Assembly: GCF_000027325.1 (NCBI RefSeq)
Contig: NC_000908.2
Span: 390,001-422,000 of the forward strand
Direction: 5' to 3'
DNA length: 32,000 bases
Source of the DNA: Mycoplasmoides genitalium G37
Lineage (GTDB): Bacteria; Bacillota_I; Bacilli_A; Mycoplasmatales; Mycoplasmoidaceae
Each line of letters opens with the position of its first letter. The stretch's first letter is position 1. The notes beneath the pieces were generated by a model. The model was not told the DNA's origin, did no database searches, and saw only the letters and a program-made list of their open reading frames with translations. Shown here one piece after another: positions 16,930-26,966 of this stretch. The position numbers and the translations under genes are program-made.

Positions 16930-16954
16930 TTTATCAACTTTAAGTTGGCCTTAC

Positions 16955-16980
16955 ACTCCCCTAGTTGGGAGTTTTTATTT
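16955..16980 (+). terminator. Intrinsic terminator after ssrA
   Basis: actccc-ctagtt-gggagt followed by ttttatttt. The T-tract contains the stop codon (16975-16977) of the convergent minus-strand gene. Confidence 0.7.
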
Positions 16981-17784
16981 TGCCTTACTCTTTTTAAAGA
17001 GTTGTTTTAATTTGGTTTTGTTGTAATTAAAAGCAAAGATAGCTATAAAAAAGAAAGAATAAAAAACTAAGCTAATCGCTCAAGCGGTAGCAAATACACC
17101 AAAACTATTTAATTTAGAGAGATAAACACCATTGTTATTTTCAACATTAAAAAACAAGCTAAACCGCGTTGCTGATTGAATTTTTTGTGTATCTCTTTCA
17201 AAAAACTGTTGGTCTAATAACACCAAAAATAAAACCATTAGCAAGATCCATAAGAGATAAACAACAATACTGATAAAAAATCCAGTAGTATAGCCAATGC
17301 GCTCTCACTTAGTAGTCTGACTTTTAAAAAATAATGAAACAGTTCATCTAAAACTTAGAAAAACTAATAATGCTAAACTAATTAACCCAAAAACTAAGTT
17401 AGCAATTCCATATTGACTAATCTGATAAGTAATACTAGCTTGAATAATATCAGTTGGTTTTTCAACAGTTCAAAAAAGGTAAAACTGATTAAAGCCGTTA
17501 ACTTCGTTAAAAGTGAATTGTTTAGTGTGAAAAACGCCAGCTAAAAACAAAACGTTGTTTAGAAAAAAGCAGAGAAAAAATAAAAAGTAAACAAAAGTAT
17601 CAAGTAAGCCAAACCTGCTGTAAAACAGATAGTTACTGTGTTTGGAAACAACTTGATACTCAGCGACATTTATTTCACTGAGTTTATCAGATATCTTATT
17701 AATCCAACCACCACCACTATTTTTCTTTTTAGAAAGCACGTGGGATAGATTTAGATAATCAAACTGATTTTTCTTTTTTAACAA
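16975..17784 (-). CDS. Polytopic membrane protein of unknown function (up to 269 aa; MG_323.1-like); start uncertain
   Basis: Track ORF 17470-17784 extends through TGAs at 17470, 17344, 17305 and 17080 to TAA at 16975-16977; I translated every codon. There is no in-frame ATG. The candidates are TTG at 17784 and GTG at 17739. Either start overlaps the pepP 3' end. Confidence 0.7.
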
Positions 17785-18793
17785 GTACCATATCTTCTAT
17801 CCTAATTCCACCAAGGTTAGGAATATAGATCCCAGGTTCAATGGTTACAACCCCATTTTCACACAATAACTTGTTGTAAGATTGGGAAACATTTGGCATT
17901 TCATGGATATCAATACCAACGCCATGACCAGTACTATGCACAAAAAAGTCTTTAAACTCAGAGTTTTCAATAATATCGCGGCACACCTTATCAACTTGTG
18001 AACCTGTTAAAGTAGTGTTTACTGCATTTATACCAGCCAAATTAGCCTCTTCAACTTTTTTGTATGCAGATAATAACTTTGCACTTTTAGGTTTTTTACC
18101 AACTAAAAAGGTTCTTGTAATATCAGAGCAATAACCGTTGTAAATGGTGCCAAAATCACAAGTGATAAAATCACCTTCCTTAACTATTGTTTTGGTTGGT
18201 TTGTGATGTGGGTTAGCACCGTTTTTACCAGTAGCTACTATAGGATCAAATGAGTTTTTAGCCCCACCCTGCTTCACAAGCTCATTAGTAATCCATTGTG
18301 AAATGAAAAGCTCAGTCATTTTTGGTTTAATAAAACGCTTTAACTTAACTGCTACTTTTCTTGTAATATCAACTGCTTTTTCAATGGCTTGAATCTCACT
18401 AGGCAACTTTACTCTTCTAATCTCTTGGGCATTAATTACTGTGTATTGTTTACAAATAGCTTGAATTCAATCCTGATAGTTAAAGGTAAGATAGTCACCC
18501 TCAATTAAAAGGTGATTGATACCATTAGATTCACAAAAAGCTTTAACTTGTTTAAAACTAACAAATAATTCAACTTCAACAATAGGATTAATAAAGTTCC
18601 TTGCTGCTTCATAATACCTACCATCAATAAACAATTTTGCTTTATTGCTGGTGATGATTAACCACCCTGCACTACTTGGAAAATTAGTTAATCAAAAGCG
18701 GTTTTGATCAGAACCAATTAGGATAGCATCAGCTTTATTGGTTTTTAAAAGATCTTTAAGAACTGTAATTTTTTGTTGTAATTCACTAATCAT
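17729..18793 (-). CDS. pepP: Xaa-Pro aminopeptidase (M24B family), 354 aa
   Basis: ATG at 18793 (MISELQQKITVLKDLL...). Track ORF 17759-18406 carries the M24 metal-binding region (HSTGHGVGIDIHE, ENGVVTIEPGIY, GGIRIED). The apparent stop at 17759-17761 is TGA. The true stop is TAA at 17729-17731, giving the tail ...KKEKSVWLSKSIPRAF. Confidence 0.9.
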
Positions 18794-18954
18794 TATTTAC
18801 GTTTTACCTCTTTGTGCAATACTACCTTACGACAACGTGAACAAAACTTATTAAGTGCTAGTTTTTCTGGATTTTTCTTGACGTTTTTAAAGGTTAAATA
18901 ATTAATCTCAGAACATTCATTACAACCTAGTCGTGTGCTTCTTTTAACAGCCAT
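18793..18954 (-). CDS. rpmG: 50S ribosomal protein L33 (53 aa), Cys4 zinc-ribbon form
   Basis: It falls below the track's size cutoff. Translates to MAVKRSTRLGCNECSEINYLTFKNVKKNPEKLALNKFCSRCRKVVLHKEVKRK. The TAA stop (18795-18793) overlaps the pepP ATG in a TAATG arrangement. Confidence 0.9.
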   Translation of the reverse strand: MAVKRSTRLGCNECSEINYLTFKNVKKNPEKLALNKFCSRCRKVVLHKEVKRK

Positions 18955-18970
18955 AATTAAATTATCTTAA

Positions 18971-19858
18971 TTATTTATTGTCAATAAGTAAACTAATAGA
19001 AAAAGCATCAATGCCAGTGTGAACAATAATCACACTTGTAATGAAAGCATTTTCAATTTCATTTTGAAAGTTAATCTTATTATGCTCAATGAAATCAGTA
19101 ATTATTTTTTTAATTTCATTAGCGTAATTTTTACAAAAAGAATAGCAAAAACCGATCCGTTTAATTTTGTAGTTATCACCAAACTTAGTTTTAACAAAAC
19201 CAAATATCTTCTCAACCGCTTGACTAAAACTAAAAACTTTTGCTCCTAGAGTATTAACTCCCTTGTCAAACAAGATAATAGGTTTAACTCTTAGTAAAGT
19301 AGTAATGAACTTTTTCAAACCAGAGATTCTCCCACCTTTACGCATTTGCACTAGGTTTTTTAAAGTAACTGCAGAAAGGATATTTTGTTTATGTGATTCA
19401 ACCTTTGCTTTAATTGTTTGATTATCACAACCCTTGTCAACCAATGCCTTTATATCTTCGACCAATCATTTTAGAGAAATAGCAATATCACTAGTTTCAA
19501 ACACTAAAAATTCTTTGTCTTTATTTTGTTCACTAAGCTCTTTTGCTAATTGAACCAACATATCATAAGTACCACTTAAACCTTTACTTAAAGGCAGAAA
19601 AATAAAGCGATCATACTTAGTTTTAATCTCTTCAAAGATCTTAAGAAGATCACTTTGACGTGGTAAGGAAGTTGAGATGTTAAGTCCATGTGGGTTTTCT
19701 TTTAGAAGTTTATGAACATGATCATAATCAATTTCTATCCCATCACGAAAGCTTTTTTCACCATCAACAATTACTTGTAAAGGCAAGATGTAAACGCCGT
19801 TAATCTCCCCAGGTTTAATAGAAGCAGTTGAATCAGTGATGATAGCTGTTTTCTTCAT
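18971..19858 (-). CDS. DegV family fatty-acid-binding protein (295 aa)
   Basis: Track ORFs 19466-19858 and 18971-19465 are contiguous in frame across TGA at 19466-19468. The N-terminus MKKTAIITDSTASI...YILPLQVIVDG is typical of DegV. Stop is TAA at 18971-18973. Confidence 0.9.
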
Positions 19859-19870
19859 GAATTAATCTCC

Positions 19871-20677
19871 TTAGTACCTTTGTTTCTTTAAATTATCTAG
19901 AAACTCTAGCACATAATCAAAAAAAAGTTTAGGCGCTGAGTCGTGTGGTGAATGACCAACACCATCAATAACCTTAAAAATAATCTTGTCACTTTTATTA
20001 GCTAGATAGTCTACAGAAGCTTTGGTTGGCGTGACAATATCATTAGCTCCTAAAATAACTAAGGTAGGTTTATTACCAATCATTTCATAAGCCCTTTCAA
20101 GTGAGTCATTACCATATTTAGCGTTTTGAACCATATCACTGTAAAGTGTTTTAAAGGTAGTTCTTTTTTTAAATGCATTGATAGCTATTTTCAAAAGTGA
20201 TTTACGTTTTTCTTCATGTTCAACAAAATCCTTATGGTTGCTGTTATTACGCTTAAAAAAAGTATCTAAAATCCGCTTTTTATTAACTGAGAAAGAAGTT
20301 TGATTCATAGGAGCTACTAATATTAAAGCCTTAATTTTTAGTGGTATAACTTTGTTAACTAAAACAGCCACAGCACCTCCCATACTATGACCTATTAAAA
20401 TGACGTTATTTAGTTTTTTTTGAACAATAAAATCACAAACCAAATCAACAAAGTGGTTTAGTTTTAATTGATCTGTATCTGTTGATTCATTGTCTCCATG
20501 ACCGGGAAAATTAAAAGTAAAGAAAGGCCACTTTTTCTTTTTAAACAAGCTAAAAATACGACTAAAACTGGCATATTCGCTTCCAAATCCATGTAAAAAA
20601 ATAAAAACGTTTTTTCTTTTTTTAGGTTTAAAGGCAAATATTGAGTTAAAAAGAGTATTTTTATTACTCGTTAGCAT
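19871..20677 (-). CDS. Alpha/beta-hydrolase fold esterase/lipase (268 aa)
   Basis: Intact ORF. Oxyanion-hole HGFGS, nucleophile elbow GHSMGG, and a C-terminal GVGHSPH. ATG at 20677, TAA at 19871-19873. Confidence 0.88.
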   Translation of the reverse strand: MLTSNKNTLFNSIFAFKPKKRKNVFIFLHGFGSEYASFSRIFSLFKKKKWPFFTFNFPGHGDNESTDTDQLKLNHFVDLVCDFIVQKKLNNVILIGHSMGGAVAVLVNKVIPLKIKALILVAPMNQTSFSVNKKRILDTFFKRNNSNHKDFVEHEEKRKSLLKIAINAFKKRTTFKTLYSDMVQNAKYGNDSLERAYEMIGNKPTLVILGANDIVTPTKASVDYLANKSDKIIFKVIDGVGHSPHDSAPKLFFDYVLEFLDNLKKQRY

Positions 20678-22934
20678 TGATTTTAGCTAAACGTTCTGCA
20701 TATGCTTGGATGCGTTCTTTCTTAGAAAGTTTAGCGAGTTTATCATCCTTATTTTGGATAACAAAATCACGTTTTTTAATTCGTGGTTTTTTTATTTCAA
20801 CTGGTTTATCTTCATCACTAGCTTCTTTGATCTCTTCAGTTTGATTAGCACTAATGTCATTGAAATATTGCAACTGATTTTGCAGTGCTTGGTTTTCTAA
20901 AAAAAGTTGTTCTTTTTCAATTTTTAATGTTTCTAGTTCATCAAGATGTTCATCACTGGTAACTGGAGTAAATTGAAGTTCTTTTTTAGCATTTTCAAGT
21001 GAATTTATTTGTTGTTTTAACTGATTATTTTCACTATCAGATGCACTTAAACTTTGCTTGGCTTTCTCCAATTCACTGTTTGTTTCTTCAAAAGCAGAGA
21101 GTAAATCTTGGTATTGTTCATTAGCATCATTCAATTTATTCTTTTTAAGCTTTTCAAAATCAGTTTTTAATTTGCCATAGCTTTCTTGTAAGATTTCATG
21201 ATCAGCTTGGAGCTTTGCTAATAAGTTATTGCTATTCTCAGAGCCTGATAATTCATCTTCTAAATCATTAATTTTTTCATTAAGTGCTAAATTAACTTCT
21301 TCAAGCGTGGCTAATTTATCTTGAGCAACATTAAAAAGATTTTGAGAGTCTTTGAGTTGCTGTTGGAGATTTACTAACTGATTGGTATTTAAATTACTCT
21401 TCTCTTCATTCCATTCTTCTAACTCTGCAATTTTGTCTTGCAGTTGTTGATTTTGAATTGTTAAACCATTAAGTTTTTCATCGAGTGCTTTTTTCTGTTC
21501 TTCAAATGAATTTTTAGTGTTATTGAAGTCATTATCTTTAGACCTTGTTCACTCAATTTCATCTAATAAAACATCATTTTCATGTTTAAGTGCTGAAATT
21601 GTTTTTTGATAATCTAAGTTTAGCGCTTGTTGTTTCACTTGCAATTTATCAAATTTTGTTTCATTCTCATCAAAAAGTAGTTCATACTGATTTAAAAGAT
21701 CATCATATTTTTCATTCTCATCATTAGATGTGTTGTCATGGAGTTTTTTCAGTTCATTTTTCAAAAAATCATTTTCTTGTTCAACTAGATCCAATCTTTG
21801 GTTTGCTTCTCTTGCTGTTAGTAACTGGTTTTGAAGTTCGTTTATTTGGTTGTTTAAAACTGGTAATAAAGCTAATTGTTGTTGAACATTACTGCTCTTA
21901 TTTTTCAATGCATCTAATTGATCTGAAAGCAAAGCTTTTTCTTGTTTTAAATTCTCCAACTCTTCATTAACTTCATCACTTAAAGGATTAATAGCAACTG
22001 GTTTATTTTGCAGTTGCTCATATAAATCCCTATTTTCTTGCAAAAGATCATCCTGTAATTTCTTGGTATGTAAGTGCTTACTTTTTTCCTCAGATAACCT
22101 CCTTTTAAGATCATCGATTTCCTGTTCTAAATCAAATATTTGATCATTATTATTCTCTTTAAGATCATCGATTTGTTTTTTTAAATCAGCATTTTCCAAT
22201 AAAAGCTCTTTGTTATTATAGTCATCCAATTCATCAACTTTTTTTGTTGGATGTTGCTCTTTTAAGATCCTTTTAACAACAAAAGGTTGATCATCATTCT
22301 GATCATATTGGATCGTTTTATGAACTGGATTGATAGCTTTGGTTAAATTTTCAATGGAATAGAAATCATCAAATTGTTCAGGTTCTTTAACCTTATCAGT
22401 TGAAAATATTTGAACTTCTGGTTTTTTTGTTTCATTAATCTCTTCACTAGGTTGGTTAAACAACTCTTCAAAAGATACTTGTTTAGTAGCTTCTGGTTTT
22501 ATCTCATCCTTATCATCTTCAGCAGTAATCACTGATGGTTTTAGTTCCTGAAAACCAGTTTTAATTTCCTTGGTTAAAACTGATTGATCATCAACTTCTT
22601 GAAAAGCCATAGTTTGATCAACTGTCTGTTGCTCTTCCTCTCTAGTTTTAAGTTGATTTGCATAATGATTTAAAACATTCTTATCCCATTTTTTATCTAA
22701 AACCTTTAAATCTATCATCCAATTAAAAAAAGAAACTATTGACTTTTCTTTCTCAGCTTCATCAACAGTACCAAAAAATGTTTTCTCCAATAAATTTCTT
22801 TCAAAGGGAATAGCAGTAATTTTAGATGGTGAAAAAAGGATATTATTAGTTCTTTGTACTAATTCTTTTAAAAGTGTTTTTTCATCAAGCTCATTATCAA
22901 AATCACTAATTTCAAGTTCCTTATCTACTGCCAT
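20664..22934 (-). CDS. Large acidic coiled-coil protein (756 aa; MG_328-like)
   Basis: Track ORFs 21549-22934 and 20664-21134 share a frame. The gap between them contains only TGA-type stops; I infer this from the 756-aa total matching MG_328, not from checking each codon. Heptad-like, E/K/Q/L/N-rich sequence throughout. TAA at 20664-20666. The last 14 nt overlap the esterase gene. Confidence 0.85.
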
Positions 22935-22972
22935 GGATTATGTTGGAATATTAGATAAATAAGTATATTATC

Positions 22973-24319
22973 TTAAACTTCTGGCTTTGTTCTTATCCGT
23001 GCGTTTTTTGATTTAAAGTAAAGGCTAATAGGTACAGAATTAAAACCAAAGTTTTCTCTAATCTTATTCTCTAAAAAACGTGCATAAGAAAAATGAAGAT
23101 ACTTAGGGTCATTGCAAAATAAAACAAAATGGGGAATTTGACTTTTGGTTTGTACTGCGTAAGTTATCTGCAAACGCTTGCCTTTAAAAAGTGGAGGTTG
23201 ATTGTAAAGTTGTGCTTGCTGAATAACATCATTTAAAAGTGGTGTTGCAACCTTAGTTTCAAGTTGGCTTTGAATAATTTTAAGTTGTTCAAAAATAGTA
23301 TTTAAGCGCTGATTTTTCAAAACACTAATAAACAAAACAGGCGCAAAATCGAGGTGTTTAAAATGCAATTTCAGCATTTTTTTATATGCATTTGTGGTGT
23401 TATTGTTTTTTAAAACTAGATCCCATTTATTCACAAGAATAATAACAGGGATAAGTGCAGCTTGTGCCAATCCACCAATCACTTCATCTTGTTCACTAAT
23501 AGGTTTTGATCCATCTACCATCAAAAGGATAACGTTACTACGGGCAATAGCTAGCTTTGTTTTGATGTAAGATGCGGTTTCAATTCCCATGTTAATTTTG
23601 CCTTTTCTTTTAATACCAGCAGTATCAATCAAAAGAAATTTTTCACCATTAACTTTTAAAGGAACATCAATAGCATCTCTAGTTGTACCACTCTCATTTG
23701 AAACTAAAACACGATTTTGTTTTACAAGTTGATTAATAAGTGAGCTTTTACCAACATTTGGTTTGCCAATTACACAAAACCTTATTTTTGCTAAATCATC
23801 ATTATTTTCATTAGGGAGTAATTGATTTTGTTTAACTAAGAGATCCATTAAATCACCAATTCCAATTCCATGAGCAGCACTAATAACAACTGGTCTTCCA
23901 AACCCTAAGCTGTAATAATCTTTTAATGTTTCTTCAGCAGTTTTAGGGTTAAAATTTTCAGCTTTATTTACCACTAGTATTACTGGTTTATCCTTATTTT
24001 TTTTAAGAACCTTAGCTACATAAAAATCATCGCTATTTAGTTGTTCTTGTAGTGACACTAAAAAAATAATAGCTTTGGCTTGACTAAGTGCTGCTTGTAC
24101 TTGTAATGCAATTAGTTGTTGCAAGGGAGTTTGTTTTGCAATTAATCCACCTGTGTCAATAAAAGCTATCTTTCTTTTTAACCATTCACCAATTCCAAAG
24201 ATCCTATCTCTTGTCGTGTTAGGAGTATCTGAAACAATAGCCATTGGCTTTTGAATTAAGCGATTAAATAAAGTTGATTTACCAACGTTTGTACGACCTA
24301 TTATTGCAACAGTAAACAC
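22973..24319 (-). CDS. der: Ribosome-associated GTPase Der/EngA (448 aa)
   Basis: Two tandem GTPase domains (GRTNVGKST...DTGG...NKAE and GKPNVGKSS...DTAG...NKWD). The start must be GTG at 24319, because an in-frame TAA lies 2 codons upstream and the G1 motif begins at residue 8. Confidence 0.93.
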
Positions 24320-24322
24320 AAA

Positions 24323-24976
24323 TTAAAGTTTAAAAACCTTCTTTGCTTCTTTGAGGGTTTGTTTTACTACTGCATCAAAACTTAGTTCAGAAGTGTCAAG
24401 ATAAATAGCGTCCTGGGCTTTTTTTAATGGGTCTGCAGTTCTAGAACTATCAATTTGATCACGTTGCTTTAATTCTTGAATTAGTTCCTTTAGTTTTTTT
24501 TCATTTGATAGAGAAATTCCCATATCTTGTAATCTTCGCTGCGCTCTAATTTCAACTTTAGCATCTAAAAAAAACTTCAATTGAGCATTTTTTAAAACTA
24601 CTGTTCCTATGTCTCTACCATCCATCACTATGTTTTTATTTTCTGCTAGTTTCTGTTGTTTAATAACTGCAATTTTTCTAATGTTAGGATCAACAGCTAT
24701 TTTACTAGCAATGTTAGCAACTGATTGGGTTGTAATAACTGTTGTAATATCAGCATTGTTATAATACACAGCATCTTTCTCAAAGCGTCAGTTAATTTGA
24801 TTAATGATTTTTAAAAAAAGATCAATATTTAATCTATTCACTTGCATTACATAGGCAAAGGCACGATACATTTTTCCACTAGAAAAATAAAAAAAATCAA
24901 GTTCTTCAGCTATTTTTTTAGCAACACTGGACTTTCCAGAACTACTTGGACCATCAATTGCTATTTGTCAATTCAT
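24323..24976 (-). CDS. cmk: Cytidylate kinase (217 aa)
   Basis: ATG at 24976 ([21 protein letters not shown], a P-loop). It joins track ORF 24323-24769 across TGA codons. Stop is TAA at 24323-24325. Confidence 0.88.
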
Positions 24977-24984
24977 AACTAAAT

Positions 24985-25623
24985 TTAAACAAATGAAACA
25001 AAACTAACAATCAAAAAAATAAGAAAAAACAAAATGCTAAACAGCATGAAACTTATTAAAGTTATCACTAAGTTCTTAAAAATAGCCTTATTAGCATTAA
25101 ACAAATTAGGTTCGATGTTATCAATGCTTTTTTTAAAAGCAAAACTTTCAGTTGAAAAAACTGTTAGTATCTTGTTGTATTCTTTTAAATCACTAGTTAA
25201 ATTGCTTGTTTTTTTTAATCATTGTTTCTCATTAGCTTCATAAAATTTACTTAAGTGGTTAATCTTTTCTATTCCCTTATCATCACTAATTCAGCTTTCA
25301 TAACCGCTAGAAGTTTGGTTATATGCTGCGTTTAACCACATCCTATCAACTTTTTCTTCTAATAATTTAAAGTCAGTATTTTTTAAATCAACTATTAATT
25401 CCTGAAGTGTTTTAAACAGTTTATTTGGTTCAGTGTGATGTTTAACTGGATTTTTATTAAATTCACTAAAAGGATGGTAATTAATCAAGATTTTCTGATT
25501 AATTTTATTAAGCTGTTTTTTTCAGCTTTCAGTGTTCTTCTGAGCGTTAATTAAAGCTTTTTTAACTATCTTATTGTTATCAAAACTTTGTCTATAAAAG
25601 CGAAATTTTTCTACTCTTCCCAT
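24985..25623 (-). CDS. Hypothetical tail-anchored membrane protein (212 aa; MG_331-like)
   Basis: ATG at 25623 with an in-frame TAA 4 codons upstream. The frame passes through TGAs at 25522 and 25291 and through track ORF 25291-25488, ending at TAA at 24985-24987. The single C-terminal hydrophobic segment is [28 protein letters not shown]. Confidence 0.75.
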
Positions 25624-26330
25624 GGGTTGGCATTATGAACAACAAACTGAATGTCATCATCTTCCTCACAAGCATTGAGAAAACGTGATAATAAAGTTTG
25701 CTGATTTCTATCTAAATCAACAGTTAAAAGAGGTACCAATTTAATTTCACTATCTACTATTGAAAAATTGTTTTTTTTCAACAGCTCCTTTGCATGAAAA
25801 TAACTATTTGAATGCAAGCTAATTTCAAAACACTCTTCATCATAATCAACATCAATTAAGTTAATATTGTCCAAAATTAATAATTCAATTAGATCATCTT
25901 TCAAATAGTTATTTTTATTAACAAAGATAATCCCTTCTTCTTGAAAATTAATCTTGACGCTATTTGGCTTGGCTAATTGTCCTTTTAGTTTAGCTAAATA
26001 ACCGTTTAAACTACTGAGTAAACGGTTAGGATTATCAGTTAGTCCAAACACAATAATTCCAACACCATTTGGTCCAAAAATCTCATAACAAAACTCGCTA
26101 ATTTTAGTTGTATCTTTTTCACTACCATGGATATTTCTTTTAATTGAATCCATGCTTAGACCCTTAGCTAAAGCAAGATCAACTGCAACTTTTAGATGTG
26201 GATTTGACTGGATATTAGTTCCACCTTTTTTAACAGCTGAAGCTATTCTTTTTGCTAGTTTTTGAAGTTGTTTTGCACTTGTTTGTTGTTTTTTATTAGT
26301 TTGATTAGCAATTAGATGCTTACGTGGCAT
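25611..26330 (-). CDS. YebC/PmpR (TACO1) family DNA-binding regulator (239 aa)
   Basis: Intact ORF. The segment [44 protein letters not shown] fits the YebC N-terminal signature. Stop is TAG at 25611-25613. Confidence 0.88.
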   Translation of the reverse strand: MPRKHLIANQTNKKQQTSAKQLQKLAKRIASAVKKGGTNIQSNPHLKVAVDLALAKGLSMDSIKRNIHGSEKDTTKISEFCYEIFGPNGVGIIVFGLTDNPNRLLSSLNGYLAKLKGQLAKPNSVKINFQEEGIIFVNKNNYLKDDLIELLILDNINLIDVDYDEECFEISLHSNSYFHAKELLKKNNFSIVDSEIKLVPLLTVDLDRNQQTLLSRFLNACEEDDDIQFVVHNANPWEE

Positions 26331-26336
26331 GTAAGA

Positions 26337-26930
26337 TTAAAAATTATTAGCAACTTGGTCAACTTTGTGTGCAAACAGATCAACTACCTCTTGCTTGTTT
26401 TTATCTTTGTAAAGAATTTTAGTGTCATCAATTAAAACACTCTCAAAATGTGTAACACCTGCAAAACCAAACAAGCCCTTTAAATTACTAACATGATCAG
26501 CTCAAGGGTATCATCCTAATGGTGCACCTTGTGACGCTAAAACAACTACCTTAAGATTAGTAAGTAATCCCTTAGAAGCACCTTTAGTAACATATTTGTC
26601 TTGAAAGGTTTTATTAGCTACAAAGACATGATCAATAAAGTTTTTTAAACTAGCAGGATAATTAAAGTTGGTCATTGGTGCAAGGATAACAATTCCATAA
26701 GCTGTTTTTAGAGCATCAATATAATAATCACTATTTTCAAAACTAAAAAAATTACTAGCGTTTTGGGTATTATAAGATATCTTACCTACTGGTAATTCAT
26801 TTAAATTTCAATCAATAAATTCAACACTACTATTTTGTTTTTTATAAGTTTGAAGGAAACGATCTAATAAAAGGTGGGTGTAAGAACCAGAAGGGGTTAC
26901 AGAAGCATCAACAATAATAACTTTCTTCAT
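26337..26930 (-). CDS. azoR: FMN-dependent NADH-azoreductase / AcpD-like flavodoxin-fold oxidoreductase (197 aa)
   Basis: Absent from the track because of several in-frame TGAs, e.g. VEFIDWNLNELP. ATG at 26930 (MKKVIIVDASVTPSGSYTHLLLDRF...). TAA at 26337-26339. I hand-translated the frame but did not check every codon. Confidence 0.75.
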
Positions 26931-26966
26931 AGCTAATAATTAAAAGTCTAATTTTTATTGTTAATT

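Noticed and set aside
16343-17010. ORFs 16343-16585 (+), 16441-16668 (-) and 16822-17010 (+).
   Set aside because: They fall inside rnpB and ssrA, whose conserved RNA motifs account for the region. Only the 27-codon tmRNA tag frame is meaningful.
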